DNA from: Nitratidesulfovibrio vulgaris str. Hildenborough
GTDB taxonomy: Bacteria > Desulfobacterota > Desulfovibrionia > Desulfovibrionales > Desulfovibrionaceae
Assembly (NCBI RefSeq): GCF_000195755.1
Contig: NC_002937.3
Coordinates: 2,820,001 to 2,852,000, forward strand
Length of the DNA: 32,000 bases
Direction: 5' to 3'
Numbering within the stretch: position 1 is the first letter of the stretch; every line of letters starts with the position of its first letter. This document shows, one piece after another, positions 1-7,345 of this stretch. The translations under genes were made by a program, and so were the position numbers. The notes beneath the pieces are model-generated. The model had not been told where the DNA came from and did no database searches. It saw only the letters and a program-made list of their open reading frames with translations.

Positions 1-2
1 CC

Positions 3-347
3 ATGCACGTGGGCACCTACCAGATGCTTGAAGACGTGCGCGCCCTGTTGCTGGGGCAGGACTTCGAGGCGTGGGGCCTTGAGATGGACCCGCTACGCCC
101 CGGCCGCGTCCGCAGCCTGTTCAACGGCAAGCTCCAGTCCCAAGGCGTCAGCATCTACGCGCAGGAATGGCACACCCGCTACGCCCTGCACCTTCCGCCC
201 ACCGCCCTTGGTGGCGTCGCTGCCGAGACCGCCCCCGGCACGGTGCTGCCCCCGCTTTCCGGCGTGGGCCTGCGCTACCACCTGCAACCCGACGACGGCA
301 CACCCGATGCCGTGGACCTTGTGACCCTGCAACAGGGGAGGATGTGA
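3..347 (+). CDS. C-terminal part of a Mu-like late protein (gp37 position); may continue upstream of the window
   Basis: ORF open from the window edge and ends at TGA 345-347, 2 nt before the next ATG. High-GC third-position bias. Lies directly upstream of a small gp38-position ORF and the sheath gene. Assignment by synteny only. Confidence 0.5.
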   Translation: MHVGTYQMLEDVRALLLGQDFEAWGLEMDPLRPGRVRSLFNGKLQSQGVSIYAQEWHTRYALHLPPTALGGVAAETAPGTVLPPLSGVGLRYHLQPDDGTPDAVDLVTLQQGRM

Positions 348-349
348 CC

Positions 350-535
350 ATGTACGTCAAAGCCGCAGACGGCCTCCGGGTGCCCATGGAAGAGCACCCG
401 CGCCGCTACATCGAAGAGACCCCGGTGCATGTGCCGGATACGGCCTACTACCGTCGCCGCATGGCGGACGGGGATTTGATCGCCTTACCCGAACCCGACA
501 GCGTTAACGAGGAGGCCCGCCGTGGGAAGCGCTAA
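350..535 (+). CDS. Small (61 aa) Mu-like conserved protein at the gp38 position, upstream of the sheath gene
   Basis: ATG at 350 in the frame of track ORF 167..535 (MYVKAADGLRVPMEE...). Tightly packed, overlapping the sheath GTG start by 14 nt. Position typical of the small ORF preceding sheath genes in Mu-like prophages. Confidence 0.5.
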   Translation: MYVKAADGLRVPMEEHPRRYIEETPVHVPDTAYYRRRMADGDLIALPEPDSVNEEARRGKR

Positions 536-1943
536 CGTCTCGTTCGACACCGTGCCCGCGTCCGTCCGCAAGCCGGGCAAGTACCTTGAATTCAACACCC
601 GCCTTGCCGTGCGCACCTTGCCCGCCAACGCCCAGCGGGTGCTCATCGTGGCGCAGGCCCTGCCCGGTGCCAGCCAGCCCGTGTTGCAGCCGGTGGACGT
701 GTTCTCCGATGTGGAGGCCCGCGCCCTCTTCGGTGAAGGCAGCGTGGCGCACCTGATGGCCCGTGCCGCCATCGTGGCCAATCCCTACATCTCCCTCGCC
801 GTCATGGGCGTGGCGGACGACGCGGCAGGCGTGGCCGCATCCGGCAGTGTGGCCGTGGGCGGCACCGCCGTGAGTTCGGGCGTGCTCTCCGTGCAGGTGG
901 GCACGGCCATGGTGCGCGTGGCCGTGGCGAAGGACGATGCCGCAGCCGCCATAGCCACGGCCTTGGCCGCCGCCTTCGCCGCCACGCGCGACCTGCCCGT
1001 CACCGCCGGGGCACAGGCCGGGACGGTGACGCTGACCGCCCGCAACAAGGGCACGCTGGCCAACGCCATCCCGCTTGCTGCGCACAGCACCGCGCAGGGC
1101 ATCACGGTGACGCTGACCCCCATGAGCGGCGGGCAGGCCGACCCCGACATCAAGCCCGCGCTGGCCGCCGTCTACAATGCCGGGCATCACGTCATCATCA
1201 GCCCCTACGGTTCGCAAGAGGCCCTCACCGCCTTGCGCGACCATCTGGACGGCGTCTCGCACGCCATGGAACAGCGCGGGGCCGTGGGCGTGTACTCCAC
1301 CACCGGCACGCTGGCGCAGGGCACCACCCTCGCCGGGCAGGTGAACGCCGGGCGCATCACCGGCGGACTGTTGCCGGGCACGGCCAGTCTGCCGTGCGAA
1401 GTGGCCGCCGCTTACGGGGCCGTCATCGCCAGCGAAGAAGACCCGGCCCGCCCGCTGAACACCTTGCCGCTCAAGGGCATCGCCCCGCCCCCCGTCGCGG
1501 TGCGCCTTGGCCGCATGGAGCAGGAGACGGCCCTGCACAACGGCGTCACCCCGCTGGAAGTGGGGCCGGGCGACGTGGTGCAGATAGTGCGCGCCGTCAC
1601 CACCTACACCCGCGACCCGCAGGGCATTGAAGACGTGGCCCTGCTGGACCTGACCACCATCCGCACGCTGGACTATGTGCGCCGCGCCGTGCGCGACCGC
1701 ATCAGCCTGCGCTTCCCGCGCGAGAAGCTTTCGGAACGCACGCCCCCCAAGGTGCGTAGCGAGATTCTCGACGTGCTGCTGAAGCTTGAAGAACTGGAAG
1801 TGGTGGAGGCGGTGCAGGCCAACCTTCCCGCACTCATCGTGGAACGCGATGGCCAAGACCCCAACCGGCTGAACGCCAAGATACCGGTCGACGTGGTGAA
1901 CGGGCTGCATGTGTTTGCGGGCCGCATCGACCTGCTTCTATAA
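522..1943 (+). CDS. Contractile tail sheath protein (Mu gpL-like)
   Basis: 473-aa ORF with a GTG start. Size and position (before tube, chaperone and tape measure) fit a sheath. N-terminus SFDTVPASVRKPGKYLEFN and C-terminal part LEELEVVE...INAKIPVDVVNGLHVFAGRIDL are typical of Mu/P2-type sheath proteins as I recall them. Confidence 0.88.
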   Translation: MGSANVSFDTVPASVRKPGKYLEFNTRLAVRTLPANAQRVLIVAQALPGASQPVLQPVDVFSDVEARALFGEGSVAHLMARAAIVANPYISLAVMGVADDAAGVAASGSVAVGGTAVSSGVLSVQVGTAMVRVAVAKDDAAAAIATALAAAFAATRDLPVTAGAQAGTVTLTARNKGTLANAIPLAAHSTAQGITVTLTPMSGGQADPDIKPALAAVYNAGHHVIISPYGSQEALTALRDHLDGVSHAMEQRGAVGVYSTTGTLAQGTTLAGQVNAGRITGGLLPGTASLPCEVAAAYGAVIASEEDPARPLNTLPLKGIAPPPVAVRLGRMEQETALHNGVTPLEVGPGDVVQIVRAVTTYTRDPQGIEDVALLDLTTIRTLDYVRRAVRDRISLRFPREKLSERTPPKVRSEILDVLLKLEELEVVEAVQANLPALIVERDGQDPNRLNAKIPVDVVNGLHVFAGRIDLLL

Positions 1944-1954
1944 TAATCGCCCCC

Positions 1955-2017
1955 TTGCCATGTGTAGCTTTTTGCGTATCTTATAGTCACTTTTACAAAC
2001 TACACATGGCAGGGAGG
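1955..2017 (+). promoter_or_regulatory. Putative promoter/operator and RBS of the low-GC cassette
   Basis: TTGCCA (1955-1960), 16-nt spacer, TATCTT (1977-1982). Perfect 12-bp inverted repeat TGCCATGTGTAG (1956-1967) / CTACACATGGCA (2000-2011) with a 32-nt AT-rich spacer. GGGAGG (2012-2017) lies 4 nt before ATG 2022. Confidence 0.35.
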
Positions 2018-2021
2018 CACT

Positions 2022-2849
2022 ATGAGTCAACATGCGACGTGGCGCGAAGAAATGGTCATCAACCTAACTGGGGGCATGGCTGATGAACATGAAATTGACG
2101 CCGGGGTGCTCTGTGAATCCTTGACTGGTTTGACTAAGCTCGCGGAGAAAACGCGAGCATCAATTTATAGAGATGCTAAGATTTCCATCAAAATAAAAGG
2201 TGGTTTTAAAGAAGGTTCATTCGATTACTCTATTGTTTTTGACATGTTTGCTGCTGTAGCCCCTGTTGCCCCTCAACTTGTCAAAACAATAAAGGAAGTT
2301 ATAGAATTCAGGAAGTTTTTGAATGGGGGAGAGCCTGTGAAAACTGAACCTGAAGCTAATAATAGTTCAAGAGTTGAAAACAATAGTGGCGCAACAATGG
2401 TCGTCCAAAACAGTACTATAATAATCAATAATAGCCCCTTAACAACAAAGGCACTTCAAAAGTTTTTTTCACCACTCGGCAGTGGAATAAATGCTTTTGA
2501 AGTAAGCGACAGCGAAGAAAAAAACGTTACAGTTGGCTCTCAAGAAAAGAATTTGTTCTTAGATACAACATCAAAAGAAGTAGATTCAAATGATTCTGAA
2601 AGAATTCTCGAAATTCTAACAGCTCAAATGGATGGAAAGCCAAACGGATGGCGCTTTTACGATGTTGAAGAAGAAATTGAATTTTCAGCAGGAGTTGCTG
2701 ACTCAAGTTTTCTTATGGCTGTAAATTCTGGTAAATATGGAATTCTTCGAGGAAGCCACGTATCCGCAACAGTCCGTACAAACAGGATGATAGTAGATGG
2801 CCGACGAAGAACAGAAAGAACAATAATTAGTCTTATTCCGATTGAATAA
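2022..2849 (+). CDS. Orphan 275-aa soluble protein in a low-GC accessory (moron-like) cassette; function unknown
   Basis: Clean ORF with its own SD and ATG. About 32-33% GC in hand-counted lines against about 65-75% in the flanks. A/T-rich codon usage. No hydrophobic segments. Two-part architecture joined by an N/S/T-rich linker (EANNSSRVENNSGATMVVQNSTIIINNSPLTT). I recognise no family. Confidence 0.8.
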   Translation: MSQHATWREEMVINLTGGMADEHEIDAGVLCESLTGLTKLAEKTRASIYRDAKISIKIKGGFKEGSFDYSIVFDMFAAVAPVAPQLVKTIKEVIEFRKFLNGGEPVKTEPEANNSSRVENNSGATMVVQNSTIIINNSPLTTKALQKFFSPLGSGINAFEVSDSEEKNVTVGSQEKNLFLDTTSKEVDSNDSERILEILTAQMDGKPNGWRFYDVEEEIEFSAGVADSSFLMAVNSGKYGILRGSHVSATVRTNRMIVDGRRRTERTIISLIPIE

Positions 2850-2868
2850 AGCAATACACCTCGAATCA

Positions 2869-2898
2869 AAGCCCCGCCACTGCGGGGCTTATCTTTTA
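2869..2898 (+). terminator. Rho-independent terminator of the low-GC cassette
   Basis: AAGCCCCGC (2869-2877), loop CACT, GCGGGGCTT (2882-2890), followed by ATCTTTTA. Confidence 0.7.
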
Positions 2899-2984
2899 TA
2901 TACTGAACTCCTTCCATATAGAGTGACGTTATATTCTAACATACCATACTCTGACATCAACAATGTAACGGGTAGGAGTATGCC

Positions 2985-3359
2985 ATGGCCCTGAAGGAAT
3001 ACCTCGGCGCAATCGTGCTGGAAGTGGACGGCAAGGAATACGAGGTCGAATCGGTAGACATCGACCACAAGTCAGGCCGCAAACTGGTGAAGACCATGAA
3101 CCGCAAGGGCAGGCCCAGCGGCTATGCCGAAGGCGTCCACGAATGGACGCTGAAGATATCCGCCCCCGTGCCCAAGGAAGGCGGCCCGGACTGGAACAGC
3201 ATCGTGGGCGCAAAGCTGACCATCTACCCGGTGACGCCCGGCGGCAAACGCACGTCGTACCTTGATTGCGTCGCCCTCGATGACGCCGACAAGTACAACG
3301 TGGACAACGAGGCGAAAGTGGATGTGACACTGGCGGCCATGGACAAGGTTGTAGAATAG
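2985..3359 (+). CDS. Tail tube protein (Mu gpM-like)
   Basis: 124-aa ORF with SD GGTAGGAG 2971-2978. Size and position between sheath and chaperone genes fit a tube protein. Somewhat more A/T at third positions than neighbouring phage genes. Confidence 0.8.
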   Translation: MALKEYLGAIVLEVDGKEYEVESVDIDHKSGRKLVKTMNRKGRPSGYAEGVHEWTLKISAPVPKEGGPDWNSIVGAKLTIYPVTPGGKRTSYLDCVALDDADKYNVDNEAKVDVTLAAMDKVVE

Positions 3360-3484
3360 GACACGCCCCGGCGCACGCCGCGTTGTCCAGCCGTCGCAGA
3401 CGGCGCAAGCCCGCAAGGGAAGCTTGCTTCCCCAAGGGCGGCACAGGCCCTGAAGGCGAAACCTGAAGGGCCGTCATCTGGTCA

Positions 3485-3541
3485 GACAACGAGGCCAAGG
3501 TCGACGTGACGCTGGCGGCCATGGACAAGGTTGTAGAATAG
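3485..3541 (+). pseudogene. 57-bp relic of the 3' end of a second tail-tube allele (duplicate of 3303-3359)
   Basis: Both copies encode DNEAKVDVTLAAMDKVVE plus TAG. The 5 nucleotide differences (GCG/GCC, AAA/AAG, GTG/GTC, GAT/GAC, ACA/ACG) are all synonymous third-position changes. The relic frame is closed by TGA at 3464-3466 and similarity stops exactly at 3485. Confidence 0.85.
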
Positions 3542-3556
3542 CGAGGAGCACAGACC

Positions 3557-3886
3557 ATGAGCATGAAGAACGCCACCGGCAAGGGCACGCTGGCCATCGG
3601 CTACCGCGACGAGGCAGGCACCTGCCACAAGGACTTCGAGATGCGCCTTCCCACGCTGGAGGACATCGAAGAGGCCATAGCCGATGCGGGCGAAGGGGCC
3701 TGTCAGGCGCGTGTCAGCCGTCATGTATGGGCACGCACCATCACCCGCCTTGGCACCCTGCCTGCCGAGGCCATCGACGCCAGCCTTCTGGCAGGCCTTG
3801 CCGACGTGGAATACGGCCGCTTCGCCGATGTGGAGGCCAGCATCAGAAAAAAGCTGCTGGCCGAGAGCGAGAGCTCCGGCAGTTGA
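3557..3886 (+). CDS. Tail assembly chaperone, short form (Mu gp41 / P2 gpE analogue)
   Basis: 109-aa acidic ORF between the tube and tape-measure genes. Contains a slippery site near its 3' end. Confidence 0.8.
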   Translation: MSMKNATGKGTLAIGYRDEAGTCHKDFEMRLPTLEDIEEAIADAGEGACQARVSRHVWARTITRLGTLPAEAIDASLLAGLADVEYGRFADVEASIRKKLLAESESSGS

Positions 3887-4041
3887 GAGCGGCGGAACTG
3901 GCCCTAGTGCGTCACGGTTTCAGCCTTGCGGACATACGCAGCCTGACCGTGCCTGAACTGCAAAGCTACATCGACCTTCTGACGGGCCGCACCTCCACCG
4001 GAGGGCAACGCTTCGTCAACCGAAGGCTGAAGGGGAGATAG
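3557..4041 (+). CDS. Tail assembly chaperone, long form made by a programmed -1 frameshift at 3847-3853
   Basis: The -1 frame (track ORF 3727..4041) is open across the slippery site and continues 63 codons (…KKAAGRERELRQLRAAEL…RRLKGR) to TAG at 4041, 3 nt before the tape-measure ATG. This is the canonical G/GT or E/E' arrangement. Confidence 0.7.
3847..3853 (+). promoter_or_regulatory. -1 ribosomal frameshift slippery heptamer A_AAA_AAG
   Basis: Zero-frame codons are AGA AAA AAG (3845-3853), so the heptamer is phased as X_XXY_YYZ. Same heptamer as E. coli dnaX. Confidence 0.7.
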
Positions 4042-4044
4042 CGC

Positions 4045-5985
4045 ATGGGAGACATGGCCCTGCAACTGCGCCTGCAACTGCGCGACCAGATGGGCGCACG
4101 GGCCACCCGCGCCCTTGAGGACGTGCGCCGGGCCGCCGGGGGAGCCTCCACGGCGGCCTCGGCCCTCGGCCGTAACACGGCAGCCCTTGGCCGGGTCAAC
4201 TTCAACGGCATGGTGCAGGGGCTGAAGCGCGTGGAACAGGCGGCCACCGCTGCCATGCGTGGCCTGAAGCGCATGGGCGGCACGGCCTCCGAGGTCATGA
4301 AGGCGGCCGGTGGCGTCGGGGCCGGTGCCATGGCGGGCGGCTACGTCGCAGGCCGCGCCTTGGCCCCGGCCATAAGCTACGAATCGAAACTGGCCAGCAT
4401 GGCCAACGTGGCCTTCAACGACCGGGACGCCGCCGGGCGCATGGCGGGCATGAAGGAACTGGACGCCGCCGTGAAGCGCGCCACCGACGTGGGCGGCGGT
4501 TCGCGCGAACAGGCCGCCGATGCCCTGAACACCATGCTGGCCATGGGCATGAAGTCCGACACGGCCACGAACCTTCTGCCGCAGTTGCAGAAGGCCGCCA
4601 CCGCCTCCGGTGCGGACGTGAACGAGCTGGCCCAAGTGGTGATGAAGGGCATGGAACAGGGCTTCTTCACCGAGGCGCAGGTGGGCGAGGCCATCGACAA
4701 GGCGGTGAAGGCGGGCGAGGCCGGACAGTTCGAACTGAAGGACATGGCCCGCTGGCTGCCGCAAATCATGGCCAACGCCAAGGGCATGAAGGGCATGGCG
4801 GGTTACGAGGCCATCCTCGCCTCGTTGCAGGGCGTCTCCGTCGTCACCGGCACCAACGACCAGGCAGGCAACGCCCTGTTCAACCTGCTTGGCAAGGTCA
4901 CCAGTGCCGACACCGCACTGGACTTCAAGAAGCAGGGCATCGACCTGCACGGCACGCTGGCCAAGGCCACCGCCAACGGCCAGTTGCCGCTGGATGCCTT
5001 CGTGGAACTGGTCGAACGGCAGGTGGTGGGCAAGGACAAGCGCTTCCAGTCCATCAAGGCGCAGATGGCCACGGCCAAGGACGGCGAGAAGATGGCCCTC
5101 ATGGAACAGGCGGCCGACCTGTTGCAGGGTTCCGCCATAGGCAAGGTGGTGCAGGACCGCGAGGCGTCGCTGGCCCTCGCCGCCATGCTGACGCAGAAGC
5201 AGCGCATCGCCGAGGTCAAGGGCCAGCTTGGCGAAGCCCACGGCGCGGTGGATACCTCCTTCGCCGTCATGTCGAACACGTCCGACTTCAAGCTACAGCA
5301 GGCGAAGAACGAGGTGGAGTCAGCCCGCTCGCGGATGCTGGCAGACGTGAAGCCCGCACTGGACGGGGCCGTGGCCGGGGCCACCGGCCTTGCCAGCCAG
5401 TTCCCCAAGCTGACCACCGTGGCGATGGAAGCCTCTACCGCCATAGGTGTCATGGCGGCGGCCGCTGCCGCCTATGGCGGGGCGGGTGTGCTCATGGGGC
5501 GCGGCGGGGCTGGTGGCGTGGGCAGGCCCCGCGATGAACACGGCCGGTTCATCAAGCCCGAAGCGGGCGCGGCAGGTTCCGCCACCGGACGCGCGGGCGC
5601 GTTCAAGGCCGGGGCGAAGGCTGGCGGCCTGCTGGCCTTGGCCGGGGCGGGGGTGAACGCCGTCATGACCGAATCCAGCGACATGAGCCGGGCCGAGAAG
5701 AACGCGGCCCACATGGGCACGGCAGGCGGTGCAGTGGGCACGATGGCGGGCACCGCCGTGGGCGCGGCGCTGGGGTCCGTTGTCCCCGTGGTGGGCACGG
5801 CCATTGGCGGTGTGCTGGGGGGCATGGCGGGTGGCTGGCTTGGCGACATGCTGGGCCAGAAGCTTGGCGACCTCATCTTCAAGGACGAATCCACCGTGCG
5901 CGTCGAGAGCGTGGTGCAGGTGGACGGCCGCGAACTGGCCCGCGCCGTGAATGAGGTGAATGGGCGCGACGCCGCACGTCGTTAA
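4045..5985 (+). CDS. Tail tape measure protein
   Basis: 646-aa Ala/Gly-rich ORF directly after the chaperone pair. C-terminal glycine-zipper-like hydrophobic stretch (GTAGGAVGTMAGTAVGAALGSVVPVVGTAIGGVLGGMAGGWLG), typical of tape measure proteins. Confidence 0.88.
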   Translation: MGDMALQLRLQLRDQMGARATRALEDVRRAAGGASTAASALGRNTAALGRVNFNGMVQGLKRVEQAATAAMRGLKRMGGTASEVMKAAGGVGAGAMAGGYVAGRALAPAISYESKLASMANVAFNDRDAAGRMAGMKELDAAVKRATDVGGGSREQAADALNTMLAMGMKSDTATNLLPQLQKAATASGADVNELAQVVMKGMEQGFFTEAQVGEAIDKAVKAGEAGQFELKDMARWLPQIMANAKGMKGMAGYEAILASLQGVSVVTGTNDQAGNALFNLLGKVTSADTALDFKKQGIDLHGTLAKATANGQLPLDAFVELVERQVVGKDKRFQSIKAQMATAKDGEKMALMEQAADLLQGSAIGKVVQDREASLALAAMLTQKQRIAEVKGQLGEAHGAVDTSFAVMSNTSDFKLQQAKNEVESARSRMLADVKPALDGAVAGATGLASQFPKLTTVAMEASTAIGVMAAAAAAYGGAGVLMGRGGAGGVGRPRDEHGRFIKPEAGAAGSATGRAGAFKAGAKAGGLLALAGAGVNAVMTESSDMSRAEKNAAHMGTAGGAVGTMAGTAVGAALGSVVPVVGTAIGGVLGGMAGGWLGDMLGQKLGDLIFKDESTVRVESVVQVDGRELARAVNEVNGRDAARR

Positions 5986-6004
5986 AGCACAGGGGAACAA
6001 CGCC

Positions 6005-7345
6005 ATGTCATGGAAGGACGACCTGCTGGACGCCAGCTTCAGGGGTGCCCGTTTCGAGGTGGTACGCACCCGCGACCACGGCGAACGCGCCCTCGTGGAA
6101 CACGAATACCCCTACCGCACCGGGGCAGAGATAGAAGACATGGGCCGCAAGGCCCGGCGCATCAGCATCACGGCGGTCTTCTACGGCCCGCACTACGCGG
6201 CCGGGCTTGCAGCCCTGCTTGAGGCACTTGAGAAGCCCGGCAAGGGCGAACTCATCCACCCCGTCTTCGGTTCCGTCACCGTATGCGCCGGGCCGTATGA
6301 CGTGACCCACGACGCGGAACAGCCCGACCACGCCGAAGTCACGCTCGAATTCGTCGAAGCCGAACCCGACAACCCCTTCCTTGCCGCCGGGGGCCGCCGT
6401 GCCACCGCGCAGGACGCGGGCCTGCGCGTGGAAGACGCCACCGCGCGTGGCAAGGAATCCAGCGGCCGCAGCTTCGCCCGCTGGCTTGAGAGCACCGCCA
6501 AGGGCTACAGCCTTGCCGAACGTGTGTGCGTGCTGGATACGCTGCATCAGGGGCTGGACGACTACGACGCAACCCACGGCGCACTGCGGGCGTCGGTCAG
6601 CTATCTGGACTTCCCCACCGCCTACCTTGCAGACCTCGACGCCGCGCAGGACATGGCCGCCGGGCCGTTCCGCCCCGTGCAGGGCTTCGGCAACTGGCAA
6701 CGCCTGTCGCAGACCTTCCAAGGCCGCAGCCTCACGGGTGGACGCGGGCGGGCCTACCCCGTGGGCACCAGCGCCTACGCGGGGGCCGTGCTCACCGGCC
6801 CGGCATCCGGCCTTGCCGAGCCTTCGCCCGTGGTGCCCGGTGACGAGGCCCCCCGGCCCGGGCGTCCTGCCCCGGTAGCCGACCTCTCCAGCGCACAGGG
6901 TGCCGCCACGGCCCATGCCGCCGCTCACGCCGAAGTGGCCCAGACGGCGCTCTTGGCGGGCGAGGCCGCCACCCTGCTTGAAGCGGAGACCGAGACCCCC
7001 ACGCTGACCCCGCACGAGGTCGAAGCCGTGGTGGGCAACGTGCGCGACCGCCTGCAAGACGCCATGGACGCCAGCCGCGCCGTGCTGCCGCCCCACGAAT
7101 CGCACCCCGTGGTGGAGGCCCTGCGCGATGCCGCCCTTGCAGTGCAGCAGCTTGGGGCCTTGGTGCTGGCGGCCCGTCCGCCCTTGGTGCGGTACGCCGT
7201 GCCGTGGCCCTGCAACCTGCACCTTCTGGCGCACCGCCTGTACGGCGACCATCGCCGCGCCGCCGAACTGGCCCGGCTGAACCCGGCCCTGCGCAATCCC
7301 AACTTCATCGCCCAAGGACAGGAGTTGCTCATCCATGCCCAGTGA
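6005..7345 (+). CDS. DNA circulation protein (Mu gpN-like) with a C-terminal LysM/gpX-like segment
   Basis: ATG at 6005 (MSWKDDLLDASFRGARFEV...EHEYPYR), the typical gpN N-terminus. C-terminal NLHLLAHRLYGDHRRAAELARLNPALRNPNFIAQGQELLI resembles the P2 gpX LysM-type motif. The track ORF start at 5960 overlaps the tape measure and is less likely. Confidence 0.85.
   Translation: MSWKDDLLDASFRGARFEVVRTRDHGERALVEHEYPYRTGAEIEDMGRKARRISITAVFYGPHYAAGLAALLEALEKPGKGELIHPVFGSVTVCAGPYDVTHDAEQPDHAEVTLEFVEAEPDNPFLAAGGRRATAQDAGLRVEDATARGKESSGRSFARWLESTAKGYSLAERVCVLDTLHQGLDDYDATHGALRASVSYLDFPTAYLADLDAAQDMAAGPFRPVQGFGNWQRLSQTFQGRSLTGGRGRAYPVGTSAYAGAVLTGPASGLAEPSPVVPGDEAPRPGRPAPVADLSSAQGAATAHAAAHAEVAQTALLAGEAATLLEAETETPTLTPHEVEAVVGNVRDRLQDAMDASRAVLPPHESHPVVEALRDAALAVQQLGALVLAARPPLVRYAVPWPCNLHLLAHRLYGDHRRAAELARLNPALRNPNFIAQGQELLIHAQ

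Noticed and set aside
504-1910. Long antisense ORF (468 aa) opposite the sheath gene. Similar long antisense or out-of-frame ORFs occur at 3904-5241, 6008-7402, 7686-8279, 20588-21973, 22791-24038, 24576-25430 and 29416-30717.
   Set aside because: These are typical high-GC artefacts. Their translations are Gly/Arg/His/Ala-rich and low in complexity, with no recognisable motifs. Each is fully overlapped by a gene with clear family signatures on the other strand.
2657-2917. Minus-strand ORF (86 aa, MEGVQYIKDK...) antisense to the 3' end of the orphan cassette, starting in the shared motif.
   Set aside because: It reads through the cassette terminator and has no convincing SD. It is probably not coding. 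The shared ATGGAAGG motif is kept as a finding, and an antisense RNA cannot be excluded.
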